Below are positions 1-11,575 of a stretch of DNA of 64,000 nt, in pieces. A program made the position numbers and the translations under genes. The notes beneath the pieces were generated by a model that saw nothing but the letters and a program-made list of their open reading frames with translations, had not been told where the DNA came from and ran no database searches. Within the stretch, counting starts at the first letter, position 1. Each line of letters opens with the position of its first letter. Origin of the DNA: Octopus sinensis (taxonomy: Eukaryota). Location of the stretch: positions 44,826,001 through 44,890,000 of the forward strand of contig NC_043004.1 of NCBI RefSeq assembly GCF_006345805.1, read 5' to 3'.

Positions 1-85
1 CTCTCTCTGAACATAACCGCTCTTTCCTCTCTCTCTTCTCTGTCTCTCTATTTCCATCCTCCTCTCTCTCTCTCCCTCTCTCTCT
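1..85. repeat. (CT)n-rich microsatellite
   Basis: Imperfect CT dinucleotide run at the window start. Confidence 0.8.
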
Positions 86-186
86 TTCTCACATTTTATT
101 CTACGAAAAATCACATATCAAATGGCCAGAAGGCCACATCCTTTCCGGAATGTCACTGCATGAACAAAAGCATGTAGAGTCATTAC

Positions 187-2010
187 TTGAACTTACTAAT
201 AAGCTATTCGCGGAGCAATTGTTACTCAGGCAATCAGGTGAAATACATATTGGATCTCTGCTTCACAAATAATGTGGACCTTATCCATAATGTGAAGGTG
301 ACACCAACAGCACTCTCAGATCACAACATTGTTGAACTAACGATGTATGGTCCTGAGCGAACTGCTGGTATCTACCCTATCAGGAGAACTCAAATCTTAT
401 CCAACGAGAATTTCTGTAAAGCAAAATGGGAATCAATCCACAAAGAGATCCACAAACAGAACTGGTTCAATATTCTACGTATGCAAGTCAGTTTGTGTCA
501 AACGTGCAAGCCGAATACACTAAATATACATCCAGAAAGAAAGGCTAGCATACTGGCAAACAAGATTCCCAGAGACAGAAAAATCCTTATGAGACGTAGG
601 TCAAAGGACTCAGATCGGCTGAATAGACAACTGAAGGATAAGAAGAAGTCTTAATACGGACACTCCTAGGAATCGAAAGCAAAATCAAACTCTCTCACGA
701 AAGGGAAAGAACAGAGAGAGGGAGAGAGAGGGAGAGAGAGAGAGAGAAGATAGATGTAAAAAGCATAAAAAAAAATAAATCCCAAGGCTTTCTATAAGGT
801 TGCAAAGGAAAGCGTCACAATACAATATAGAATAGGACCATTATTCCGAGGGAATGACTCACTGACCGCAGACCCAGGAAGGATAAGTGAGATACTCAGT
901 GAACAATTTAAGAGTGTCTTCACATCCCCCCTTTGGACACATGCAGGTAAAAAATCCTGCTGATGTAACAGCGGCCAAAGATAAAATGAGCTCATGCCCC
1001 GCAACTGGTCCTGATGGCTTCCCAGCTATTCTCCTGAAGCAGGCGTTAGTGTGAATGGTAAACTTTCGATATACAAGTGGGTCAAGATAACCAACATGCA
1101 GTTTAATGCTGGAAAATTTCAAGCACTGAACTATCAACTCACGAATGCACTACAGCCTGCATATACAAGACTCGAAGGCACTACAATCCCAGAGTCACAA
1201 GCAGTGAAAGACTTGGGATCAGTATGTGCAATGTCGAATCATTTTATATGCAAATTACCAAGCTGGCAGCAAAGTCCAGATATCTGGCAGGATGGATACT
1301 GTGGTCCTTTAGGGCAAGAGACCAAGAAACTATGTTGACTCGGTGAAAAATATTTGTTCTCAGCTGCTTGGACTACTGCGCCTAATTATGGTCACCACAT
1401 AGTGCCAAACTACCAGCAGAGCTTGAAGCAGTCCATCGTCACTGCACTAAAAATTAAAACAGTGCAGCGGATGAGCTACAGGATAGGCTGAGAAAACTGC
1501 AGCTTTGCTCCCTGGAGCGAAGGCGTGAGGGTTATGCAATGATCTACATATGGAAAACTCCAGAAGGGCTAGTACCTAATTTCGGCATTGAGCGTTATAC
1601 AAATGCCATAACTGTCCGCCGTTGTATTGTACCAAACGTAACATGTATTCTATATAAATTCAGGACCAGGTACTGCAATAGTCCAGGGTTCAAAGGCCCA
1701 CATCTCTTCAATGCTCTGGCACAAAAATTTATAAATCTGCATAAGGTGGAAGTACATGTCTCCAAAAAGGAACTAGACGTCTTCCACTCCACAATACCGG
1801 ATGAACCAACAGTCCAACATGAGATGCAGGCGAGGGCAGCGAAATCAGAGCCCCTTATACACCGAATTGACCAACAACTGAGATAAAGGCACATACAGGA
1901 GTAATGTGAAACCTCCCAGACTGAGGAAATCAGAAAGACCACGGTGGTGCTCCATCATGACTACAGTTGCATGGCTGAAACGAGTAAAAGAGTAAAAGAG
2001 TAAAAGAGTA
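187..2010 (+). mobile_element. Decayed, internally deleted APE-type LINE (CR1/L2/Jockey-group), with 3' end
   Basis: ORF 187-654 has the AP-endonuclease C-terminal motifs (ILDLCFTNN...SDHNIV). 780-1040 reads PKAFYK...IGPL...LSEQFKSVFT and GPDGFPAILLK (pre-RT region). 1051-1338 has NMQFNAGKFQ (RT thumb). 1500-1886 has SLERRREGYAMIYIWK...FKGPHLFNAL...IPDEPT. The RT core is missing. The element ends in (GAGTAAAA)n repeats. Confidence 0.85.
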
Positions 2011-2051
2011 TATATACGTCTAATATAAGGATACATTTTTTTTCATAAAGA

Positions 2052-2206
2052 ATCTTATCAGTGGCCAGCATACTAAAATATCTTTTAAGGTGGAAATTAT
2101 AAACAATTATATCGTCTGACTATATACAATATTTTTCTTTTGCCCTTATTTATAATTGTTTATAATTTTCACCTTAAAAGATATTTTAATATGCTGGCCA
2201 CTGATA

Positions 2207-2210
<4 letters not shown>
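2052..2210. repeat. ~60-bp inverted repeat (arms 2052-2111 and 2151-2210) abutting (TA)n
   Basis: The arms are near-perfect reverse complements around a 39-bp spacer. A further single-arm copy lies at ~54055-54106. Confidence 0.85.
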
Positions 2211-2242
<32 letters not shown>

Positions 2243-2390
2243 TCAGTTCTAGAAACAAACCCCATTTATATATTCAAAGGGAATATCATATATCTTAATG
2301 TTTAACATTTGGCGATCTGCGTTGATATTAGAAATCAATATTTTACATTTTAAACGAATTGTTTCTTAGATTCTAAGCCAGGATTCGAAC

Positions 2391-2743
2391 GGGTTCAGTC
2401 CCACTGCGTGGCATCTTGGGCAAGTGTCTTCTGCTATAGCCCCGGGCCGACCAATGCCTTGTGAGTGGATTTAGTAGACGGAAACTGAAAGGAGCCCGTC
2501 GTATATATGTATATATATGTGTGTGTGTGTTTGTGTGTCCGTGTTTGTCCCCCTAGCATTGCTTGACAACCAATGCTGGTGTGTTTACGTCCCCGTAACT
2601 TAGCGGTTCGGCAAAAGAGACCGATAGAATAAGTACTGGGCTTACAAAGCATAAGTCCCGGGGTTGATTTGCTCGACTAAAGGCGGTTCTCCAGCATGGC
2701 CGCAGTCAAATGACTGAAACAAGTAAAAGAGTAAAAGAGAGTA
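2391..2743 (+). mobile_element. tRNA-derived SINE family A, 5'-truncated
   Basis: B-box GGTTCAGTCCC, body matching the full copy at 54109-54530, and tail GGCGGT..CCAGCATGGCCGCAGTCAAATGACTGAAACAAGTAAAAGAG. Confidence 0.85.
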
Positions 2744-3233
2744 CGGTTTCCTTTCTCACTGTTCTCGGCTTTTGTATTTAGAAATTTATGAGTCAGCTAT
2801 CACACCTAGTGAAGTTCTATTGTTTAAGTTAAGCTTCTTGGGTTAAATACAGTCTGAGAAAGATGAACACATTACTTTCTATAGTTCACTGACCTACATT
2901 CAGCTTTCCAAAACATGTACAGTAACATTCTTTGTTTCGCCGCCGACATTGGGAGGATCTAAGGCGAGGGTACTACACAGCTTTTACCTTCTCTATTTGT
3001 CTAAACTCTTTTGCACTGTGTCTCTCTTTTTTCCACCAGTCTTTAAGCAGTTAGGAGACAATGAAGTTAACTTCCTATAAGCATGGATAACAGAACGGCA
3101 AATAATTTACGTATAACAACGGCTCGAAGATGTTAAATCTTATATTATAACGATGACGATAAAAGTAAAGATTTGAACCAATCAACAACATTTTTCCTCT
3201 TCTTATTTTAATTGCTGCGTAGAGTCGTTGGAC

Positions 3234-3643
3234 GGATCTTTTCGGTTTGAACGGCAGTTTTTAACATAATTTCTAGGTAACTAAAAAATTTTAAACTTCG
3301 TATACTGGTAGAATGTGTTTATAAAACATCTTTTTCTCTTGGCTTTATTGAGAAAATTCTATAGTTTCTAAGTTATTTGCTGTTTTTTTTCTTCAATTTC
3401 TGCAATTTCAATCATTCAATGACGTCTATTGAGTTAAAAACCATTCTGTGCCGTATGAATATGTCCCCCGTTTAAGAAACCGATTAGGTTTATTTACATT
3501 TGTGAAGAAAAAAAGATACCCTTCTCCCACCCCTAACCCTAAAAGAGATTGAAATGCAATAGATCGATTCTAGAGTCATAATTATGGGTGACAATTTCAT
3601 ATGAGACCGCTAGAATAAACTGCCGTTCAAACCGAAAAGATCT
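3234..3643. mobile_element. MITE with GGATCTTTTCGGTTTGAACGGCAG TIRs (copy 1)
   Basis: TIRs at both ends; body matches five other copies in the window; no TSD seen. Confidence 0.85.
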
Positions 3644-4600
3644 GAAACCCATACCAACCAATGAATTGGACGGCATTGCATAGTAAAAAAAATCCCGTCT
3701 TCCCCATCTTGAATCAGAACCAGGTATTGTATCATATTGAGTTTCAAGGGTCCGGAACAGCTTTAGCATTGTGCCATCCTCAGGGATTTTCGTGGTGCAG
3801 ATGTGGAGCCCTTCAAAGAGCGTTTGCAAAATTTTTATCTGAATTACCCGATGAACCAACAGCGCGAGGGCAAGAAGCGCAAAGAAGGCAACTCCGTCCA
3901 GCTCGCTACTTTTGAACGGCAATTTTTCTAGCGGTGTCATATGAAATTGTCACCCATAATTATGACCCTAGTATCGATCTATTGCATTTCAGTCTCTTTT
4001 AGGTTTAGGGTTAGTTAGGGTTAGGGGTGGGGGGGAAAGGTATCTTTTTTTTTCTTCACAAATGTAAATAAACCCAATCTGTTTCTTAAACGAGGGACAT
4101 ATTCATACGGCACAGAATGCTTTTAAACTTAATAGACGTCACTGATTGGTTGAAATTGCAAAAATTGAAGAAAAAAAAACAACAAATATCTTACAAACTA
4201 TAGAATTTTCTCAATAAAGCCAAGAGAAAAAGATGTTTTATAAACACATTCTACCAGTATACGAAGTTTAAAAGTGTTTGGTTACCTAGAAATTATGTTA
4301 AAAACTGCCGTTCAAACCGAAATGATCCAAATCTCGTCTTCACCATCTTGAATCAGAACCAGGTATTGTAACATATTGAGTTTCAAGGGTCTGGAACAGC
4401 TTTAGCATTCTGCCATCCTCAAGGATTTGCGTGGTGTAGATGTGGAGGTCTATTTATCTGCCGATGAACCAACATGCGCAAGGGCAAGAAGCGCAAAGAA
4501 GGCAACTCCGTCCAGCTCGCTACTTCGCCAAAGACAAAGCAAACAAGAAACCTGAACACACTGAAAGGCGGTGTTGTAGCATGGCCACAGCCTCACGCAC
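3644..4600 (+). mobile_element. LINE 3'-end fragment, partly duplicated (3690-3911 and 4329-4525) around MITE copy 2
   Basis: Translates as GRHCIV...IRTRYC...FKGP...LPDEPT, colinear with the C-terminus of the LINE at 1560-1886. It ends in GGCGGTGTTGTAGCATGGCCACAG at ~4567-4590. Confidence 0.7.
3910..4328. mobile_element. MITE copy 2 (inverted relative to copy 1; left TIR truncated)
   Basis: Starts TTTGAACGGC, ends CTGCCGTTCAAACCGAAATGATCC, and has an internal TTAGGG tract. Confidence 0.85.
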
Positions 4601-4797
4601 ACACACATACACGCACACGCATATATATATCCACACACACACACACACACACACACAAATATATATATACTTGTATGTGTATGCGTATGTATATATGCAT
4701 ATATATATAAAAATAAATATATATATAACTGTATGTATGTATATATGTGTGTGTGTGTATGAACACACGCATACACACACACACACATATATACACA

Positions 4798-4867
<70 letters not shown>

Positions 4868-5185
4868 CATGCATAATTGATTTGTATAGCAACATGATTA
4901 AGACATGTTCGGAGAAATATCTGTATCAACACATCTACACATCCACACATACATACATGGGTAAATATGTGTTTGAATACGTGTGTGTGTGTGTGTATGT
5001 GTGTATGTGTGTATGTGTGTGTGTGTACGCGCTCGCGTATGTGTGTGTGACTGTGTGCTTTTGTATATGCATATCTGGATAATTATGTTCCCGGAACACC
5101 AATTATTACAAAAATCTATGTCAATTTCTACCATTCATTCTATCTCCCACCTTGTCTGCCCTTCTCTGTCTCTCTCTCTATCTAA

Positions 5186-5247
<62 letters not shown>

Positions 5248-5440
5248 CTATCTCTCTCCCTCCCTCCTTCCTTCTCCCCTTATCGTCACTTTTATTCCCT
5301 TCCTCCTGATTAATCTCTTTCTCTTTTCTTCTTTCATCAGATTTTGTTTTGTTCTAACTTTACAGTCGTCTGTACTGGCGTATCATTCCTTGATTTATAT
5401 ACGTGTATGTATATGTATGCATGGTTGATATGATAGATAA

Positions 5441-5539
<99 letters not shown>

Positions 5540-5545
5540 TGCGTA
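4600..5545. repeat. Compound microsatellite block: (CA)n, (TA)n, (TG)n, (CTAT)n, (GATA)n
   Basis: Directly visible simple repeats. Confidence 0.9.
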
Positions 5546-5688
5546 TACACACATACACACACACGCACAGACGTATTCAAACACTGAAGATTAGAGGCTT
5601 CGAGTGACCCGTCGGTTTTTTGTGTCGTCTCCTTGTGTGTTTTTACGTTCTTGTCCCACTTTGTAATTTATATTTTATATTAAATTCT

Positions 5689-5735
<47 letters not shown>

Positions 5736-5793
5736 CGTGTGTGTGTATATATGTATATATATATACATATTGAGATATATATATATATATGCA

Positions 5794-5824
<31 letters not shown>

Positions 5825-5883
5825 GTATAAACACATACATATATATATATATATTGTTAAGCATGACTGTCACCACTACTACA

Positions 5884-5928
5884 TGAACCTGAAGATTGCA
5901 GAATTTAATGCATGAAAGTACTAGTTCA
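5884..5928 (+). ncRNA. Minimal type I hammerhead ribozyme motif
   Basis: TGAAC | CTGAAGA | tTGCA-gaatttaa-TGCAt | GAAA | GTAC | TA | GTTCA. Stem I is 5 bp, the core is canonical, stem II is 4 bp closed by a T.T mismatch, and stem III is the palindrome AGTACT. CUA cleavage triplet. Confidence 0.7.
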
Positions 5929-6103
5929 ATCAGAATGAACGTTTAACATTCTATTATTTTATTTTATTTTATGATATTATATTATCTTATATCATTATAA
6001 GATTGTAAATAAAACGTGAAAAATCAGACAAGGCTGGAATTCCTTTTATTAATATATATATATATATATACTTTATTTTAAGCAGCAGAAAATTCAACAA
6101 AAT

Positions 6104-6141
6104 CTGTTACTCTGAGTTTCTCGTTGCCGTTCATCAGACAG
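6104..6141 (-). ncRNA. Minimal hammerhead ribozyme motif (minus-strand arm)
   Basis: Reverse complement of 6237-6274. Confidence 0.6.
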
Positions 6142-6236
6142 TTTTTGCTAGAATGGAACCGATATATCAATTCAATCTAGACTCTTACAAACGCTATACC
6201 TTTAAAAAGAAATGGACTTGTTTGATTGGCCCTTAA

Positions 6237-6274
6237 CTGTCTGATGAACGGCAACGAGAAACTCAGAGTAACAG
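6237..6274 (+). ncRNA. Minimal hammerhead ribozyme motif
   Basis: CTGT | CTGATGA | aCG-GCAA-CGa | GAAA | CTC-A-GAG | TA | ACAG. Stem I is 4 bp; stem II is 2 bp with a GNRA loop and an A.A closing mismatch; stem III is 4 bp with a 1-nt loop. GUA cleavage triplet. Confidence 0.6.
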
Positions 6275-7759
6275 ATTTTGTTGAATTTTCTGCTGCTTAA
6301 AATAAAGCATATTACTCTACCACTGGTATTTGAGTACTCTTTTTTCCACCTTGTTTCACATTATGTGTTTACTCCGGTATATATATATATATATATAATA
6401 TATATATATATATTATATATATATATATATATATTCTTTTATTCTTTATTTGTTTCACTCATTTGACTGCGGTCCTGCTGGAGCACCACCTTTAGGCTCC
6501 ATAAGTGTGTGTCTGTGTTTGCTCCCGCTTATATGTGTGTTTGTGTGCGTATGTATGTATGTATGTATGTATGTATGTATGTATGTATGTATGTATGTAT
6601 GTGCGGCTGTCTGTATAGATATTGCATTATTAACTGATTATCTACCCTTCGTTTCGGGTACTGTATGTATATTTGCCTTTGTTTTATTTATTTATTCATT
6701 TATCTATTTTTTTACTTTATTTGTTTGCTTAATTTTTTTTCTTTTTTAAATCTCTTAATATCGTCTCTTTTCTTTTTCTAACTCATACCACCTTCCCACT
6801 TACCTTACCATTGTCTTGTCTTGTCTCAAATATTCACTTCACATCTTCTGAAAACGAAGAATTTGCATTCCCTCTCTTCTTCCTTCCTTCCTTCCTTCCT
6901 TTTCTTCTTTTCCTTCCTTTCTTTCCTCCTCCCACACTTAGACAGCAGAAGCTATTTTGTTAGGTGAATCAGTTTAATAATGTCTGTTGCACCATCCAGC
7001 ATCAATAAACGAAACAGCAAAAAAAAAATAATAATAATAAATAACAAAACGATAAAATATCTGAACCAAAACTTGTTATCAAAGACTGCATTTTCCTTTT
7101 CTCTAGTCTACCATAATCATATATTTTGAAACTTAACATAACACCATCCCCGTTTCCATCTTCCCTGAACCGTCTTCGAAATCCTGCGAGTACACTGTCA
7201 CAAAGAAGTTGTATATCGTTTGGTTTTGTTTTATGTTATGTCTCTTTTGTCTAGCCTGTGACTGTTGTTGTTTTTGTTTTTTTATTGTTGCTGCTACTGC
7301 TGCTGTCGTTGTTGTTGTTGTTGTTGTTGTTACTAGTCTTTGTTCTTCTTGTTGCTTTTTGTTCCTCGTCTTCTTCTTCATCTTCGTTTTATTCTCTTAA
7401 GCCTTCTCTCTTTCTTCTTTGTCGTAATTCTTCAAACATGTTACTCTTTTAGCTATCTCCTTTTTCCTTTCTTTCTTTCTTTTTTCTCTTCTCCTTCTCC
7501 ATCCTTCTCTTCTCCTTTCTCTTTTCTTCATTTCTCCTATTTCTTTCTCTCCAAATACTTCGTTTCGTCCTTCCATCTTTTATTTGTACTTGTTCACCTT
7601 CTCTTTTTTCACCTTCACAGACTCTCTTCTTTCAGCTTATACTCACTCCCTTTCCGCTTATCGTCACCATTATATCATCATCAACATCATCCTCTCGAAA
7701 ATAACAAGAGCGGATGAAACCTCTCTAAGTGTAGACCTTTGAGTCGGAGGAAGGGAATT

Positions 7760-8180
7760 GGATCTTTTCGGTTTGAACGGCAGTTTTTAACATAATTTCT
7801 AGGTAACTAAAAAATTATAAACTTCGTATACTGGTAGAGTGTGTTTATAAAACACCTTTTTCTCTTGCCTTGATTGAGAAAATTCTATAGTTTGTAAGAT
7901 ATTTGTTGTTCTTTTTCTTCAATTTCTACAATTTCAACCAATCACTGACGTCTATTGAGGTAAAAACATTCTGTGCCGTATGAATATGTCCCTCGTTTAA
8001 GAAACAGATTGGGTTTATTTACATTTGTGAAGAAAAAAAGATACCCTTCCCCCACCCCTAACACTAACCCTAACCCTAAAACAGATTGAAATGCAATAGA
8101 TCGATAATAGGGTCATAATTATGGGTGACAATTTCATATGACACCGCTAGAAAAGACTGCTGTTCAAACCGAAAAGATCC
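7760..8180. mobile_element. MITE copy 3
   Basis: Both TIRs intact (GGATC...GATCC); internal CCCTAA tract; no TSD seen. Confidence 0.85.
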
Positions 8181-8840
8181 AAGCACTAGGGTCGTTGTAA
8201 TCGACTATTTCCCTACCCCTAATTTCAGCCCTTGTGCCTATATAAGAAAAGGTTATTATTATCATTGTTATTCACGGTTTCTGGGAAATACCAACAGTTA
8301 TTCTACATTAAAAAAGAGTTCGGTACATCACGAAAGTTAGACACAATACAGATAGGTTAGTCGTGATGAATAGCCTGTTTGTTTGTTCCTATCTGACGTA
8401 GGTTTTTAGCTTTTGTTTGCCCACCCACTCTGCCTGCGTTTGTTTATCACAGTCAGAGACAGTTTATTATAATCTTTTAATTGTGCACCGAGCGCTGTTG
8501 AACGTAAGTTAGAAAGAGAAACTATTTCTGAACAGTTGAAATATATTTTCTTTTCTTTTCTGTTTTTTGTTTCTTCTTTTTTTTACTGTTTTCAGCACCT
8601 AAAGACCAGGGCGTAAAGAAAAGTCGGGCGACAGATTTAATCTATCATTCATAAAGTCAGAAACACATTACAACACTCAAATTCACGGTCCTGGCCAGAT
8701 TTATTTCTGGAACACGAAATATTGAAAAGAAAAGTTGACGCAATAGTGATTTGAACTCAAAACTCTAACATCACAAACAGATATCACAAACCAATCGTTC
8801 TGGCGCTCTAACTTCTCAGCCATTTTGCAGCTTGCACCCA

Positions 8841-8894
<54 letters not shown>

Positions 8895-8899
<5 letters not shown>

Positions 8900-9110
8900 G
8901 TTTGTGTTTGTGTTTGTACCCCCACCATCGCTTGACAACCGATGTTGGTGTATTTACGTCTCTGTAACTTAGAGGTTCGGCAAAAGAGACCGATAGAATA
9001 AGTACTAGGCTTATAAAGAATAAGTCCTGTGGTCGATTTGATCGACTAAAGTTGGTGTTCCAGCATGGCCGCAGTCAAATGACTGAAAGAAATAAAAGAA
9101 TAAAAGAATA
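8895..9110 (+). mobile_element. SINE family A, 3' half
   Basis: Matches the 3' half of 54109-54530, including the tail. Confidence 0.8.
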
Positions 9111-9166
9111 TATATACATATATATATATAAGAACAACAACAGAAACAACAACAAAAATAATAATA

Positions 9167-9199
<33 letters not shown>

Positions 9200-9221
9200 A
9201 TAGATATAGATAGATAGATAG

Positions 9222-9281
<60 letters not shown>

Positions 9282-9649
9282 TATCTTACTAGCGACCTGA
9301 GAACAAGATGCCTGTTTACTGCTAGATATGAAATACTGGAAGAAATTTTGTTATACGCTTAGGCACAATTTTCTTAATTACTTTGACACACATTGTATTA
9401 TATGCACACAATATTGGCAAAACAAATCACAGATGCACCATAATTACTACTGGATTAAATAACCTGAGGCAGCAATTTACCAACGCAGCTAATAAATGAA
9501 ATGCATAAATTGAGAAGAGCCACTAACGTGAAATTTAACGAACTTTTCCTTCTCGTTGAAATTAATTACATTATTGATAATTTATCCCAATGCGCAATAG
9601 TTTCAACAGCGCTACCATTTGTCTTACATCTGAACGAATTGTTCAAATA

Positions 9650-9685
<36 letters not shown>

Positions 9686-10604
9686 GCGCTAATATTTTCA
9701 ACTGATTTCTTTATAAATCTAATATAAATTTTCAGTGCTGCTTAAAATTAATTTCAAACTCAGAGTATTTTAATAATTATAAATAAATAACTTTGTAATG
9801 ACATTCGTGTTACGGAAAGATTAGGTCAATGACAGCAACATTGATAGACAGGTACTATTGATAAGACGACTGGTAAGAGATTTCCTGTAGGGTTAAACCT
9901 GGACAGTGTTTTTGCGACACATTTTTATTAACAAAGTTATTCTAGTAATACATGCTATCTTAAAGATAGCGAGATGAACTGGGTTTTTTTCCTTGTACTG
10001 CTCGTTGTTTAATGCGGTAGAGTGTGAATTAAAGGATATTTGGCTTCACTTTCTAGAGACCACATTAAGGTGCGGAAGTAAAATAAACCGATGCAGAAAT
10101 TATAGGCAAGTTACTCAGTTACGTGGTAAACTAGAGATCAAAGCACGAAAAAGTTTAAAATTCCTAGCCATCAGTTCAACAATTTGCAACTTGCCTGAGA
10201 GAAATTAAACATGATAGCAATAGAGATTTATGTCAATGTGCACTGACAAAAATGATTTAACAACGTAGCTTCTGTTAAACACAAAAGATATTTCTGCAAT
10301 GTACTCAAATTCACACGAAACTCTTAAAACAGTTATACAGCAACTCAATAACGCAATTTTTATCTGCTATTAGTGGTGTTTGTAACTTGCCTTGTAAGTA
10401 TTCGTAGCGTCGGTTATTTAGGAGAACTTACTAAGAAGAGAAATCCTTCATTTCTATATCATCAACAGTACAGAACAAAATGAACGCCACATAGTAAATA
10501 TGTTATTGCTTCATCGTTACGAAGAGAACAAATTGAAGACACATGTAATCAATTTTAGTTTGATTCAACAGTGATTTTGAGCTAATATTTTTTTTCCTTT
10601 CAAC

Positions 10605-11575
10605 GACGGGCACAAAGCTTGAAAAATTTTCGTGGAAGAAAGAGCTATAGTGGATTGCATCGAACCCAAATCTCAACTAGTACTTATTTTACTGACCGTA
10701 AAAGGATTTAAGGCAAAGTCAACCTCTGCGAAATTTGAACACAGAACTTGAAGCCGGAATAGATGCCGTTAAAGATTTTGTCCGGCATGCTAACGATTCC
10801 GACAGCTCATGGCCTTTCCCGTTAATTAATATTGTGTTGGTTTCAGGATTTTGGCACAAGGCCAGAATTTAATGGGTGGTGGTAAATCGACTGCATCGGC
10901 CCCAGTGCTCAACTGGTACTTATTTTATTGACCCAGACAAAGTGAAAGACAAAGTCGGCCCGAACGAAGTTTGAACTCAGAACGTAAGTTCTGCCAAGTA
11001 TTTTGTCCAACATGCTAACGACTCTGCTAGCTCGTTGCCTTTCCCGTTAACTTATATTCATTTGTTTCAAATACTGGCGCAAGGCTGGCAATTGAAGGGG
11101 AGGTGTGAATCGATAACAACGATCCTAGCATTGAACTAGTATTTATTTTATCAAACCTGACAGGATCTCTGCGGAATTTGAACTCAGAATATAAAACCGG
11201 TACAAATACCACTAAGTATTTCGTCCAATACTAATGGTTCTCCTTTTCAATCAACTGATATAGCTAGCAAAAAGTATTTAAATGTGTGTATTAGATATGA
11301 AAATGAGCGACAAAATAAAATTGTGTCTCAGTTGTTTAGGGTTAATTTCAATTACTAAAACTACTATTAATGAGTTGCATCAAATCGTAAAACTGTTATT
11401 AGGTGATGTTAGAATTGATAACGGTTTCAATTTTTGGCACAAGTTCAGCGAATTTGGGGGTGATGGGTAAGTCGAATACATCAACCGCTCAAATGGTACT
11501 TATTTTATCAAATCTGAAAGGATCAAATGCAAAGTCGACTTTGCGGTATTTGAACCAGAGATAGAGACAGGAAAG
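10605..11575 (-). mobile_element. Cluster of four decayed SINE family B copies
   Basis: Repeated GGTACTTATTTTAT(C/T)GAC..GAAAGG...AAAGTC.AC...GAATTTGAACTCAGAAC blocks (B-box GAGTTCAAATT on the minus strand). Confidence 0.75.

Larger units (their letters stand above)
6071..6380. mobile_element. Penelope-like terminal-repeat element: 73-bp inverted arms (6071-6143, 6235-6307), each containing a hammerhead motif
   Basis: The arms read as exact reverse complements; the element is flanked by (TA)n. Assignment to PLEs is inferred from the hammerhead plus inverted-terminal architecture. Confidence 0.6.

Noticed and set aside
4005-4035. True telomere or chromosome-fusion scar (TTAGGG tracts)
   Set aside because: Only 1-3 units are present, always at the same position inside the MITE.
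9840-9960. RTE-type RT remnant (GVKQG-like region)
   Set aside because: Similarity needs several frameshifts and substitutions; too weak to call without a profile search.
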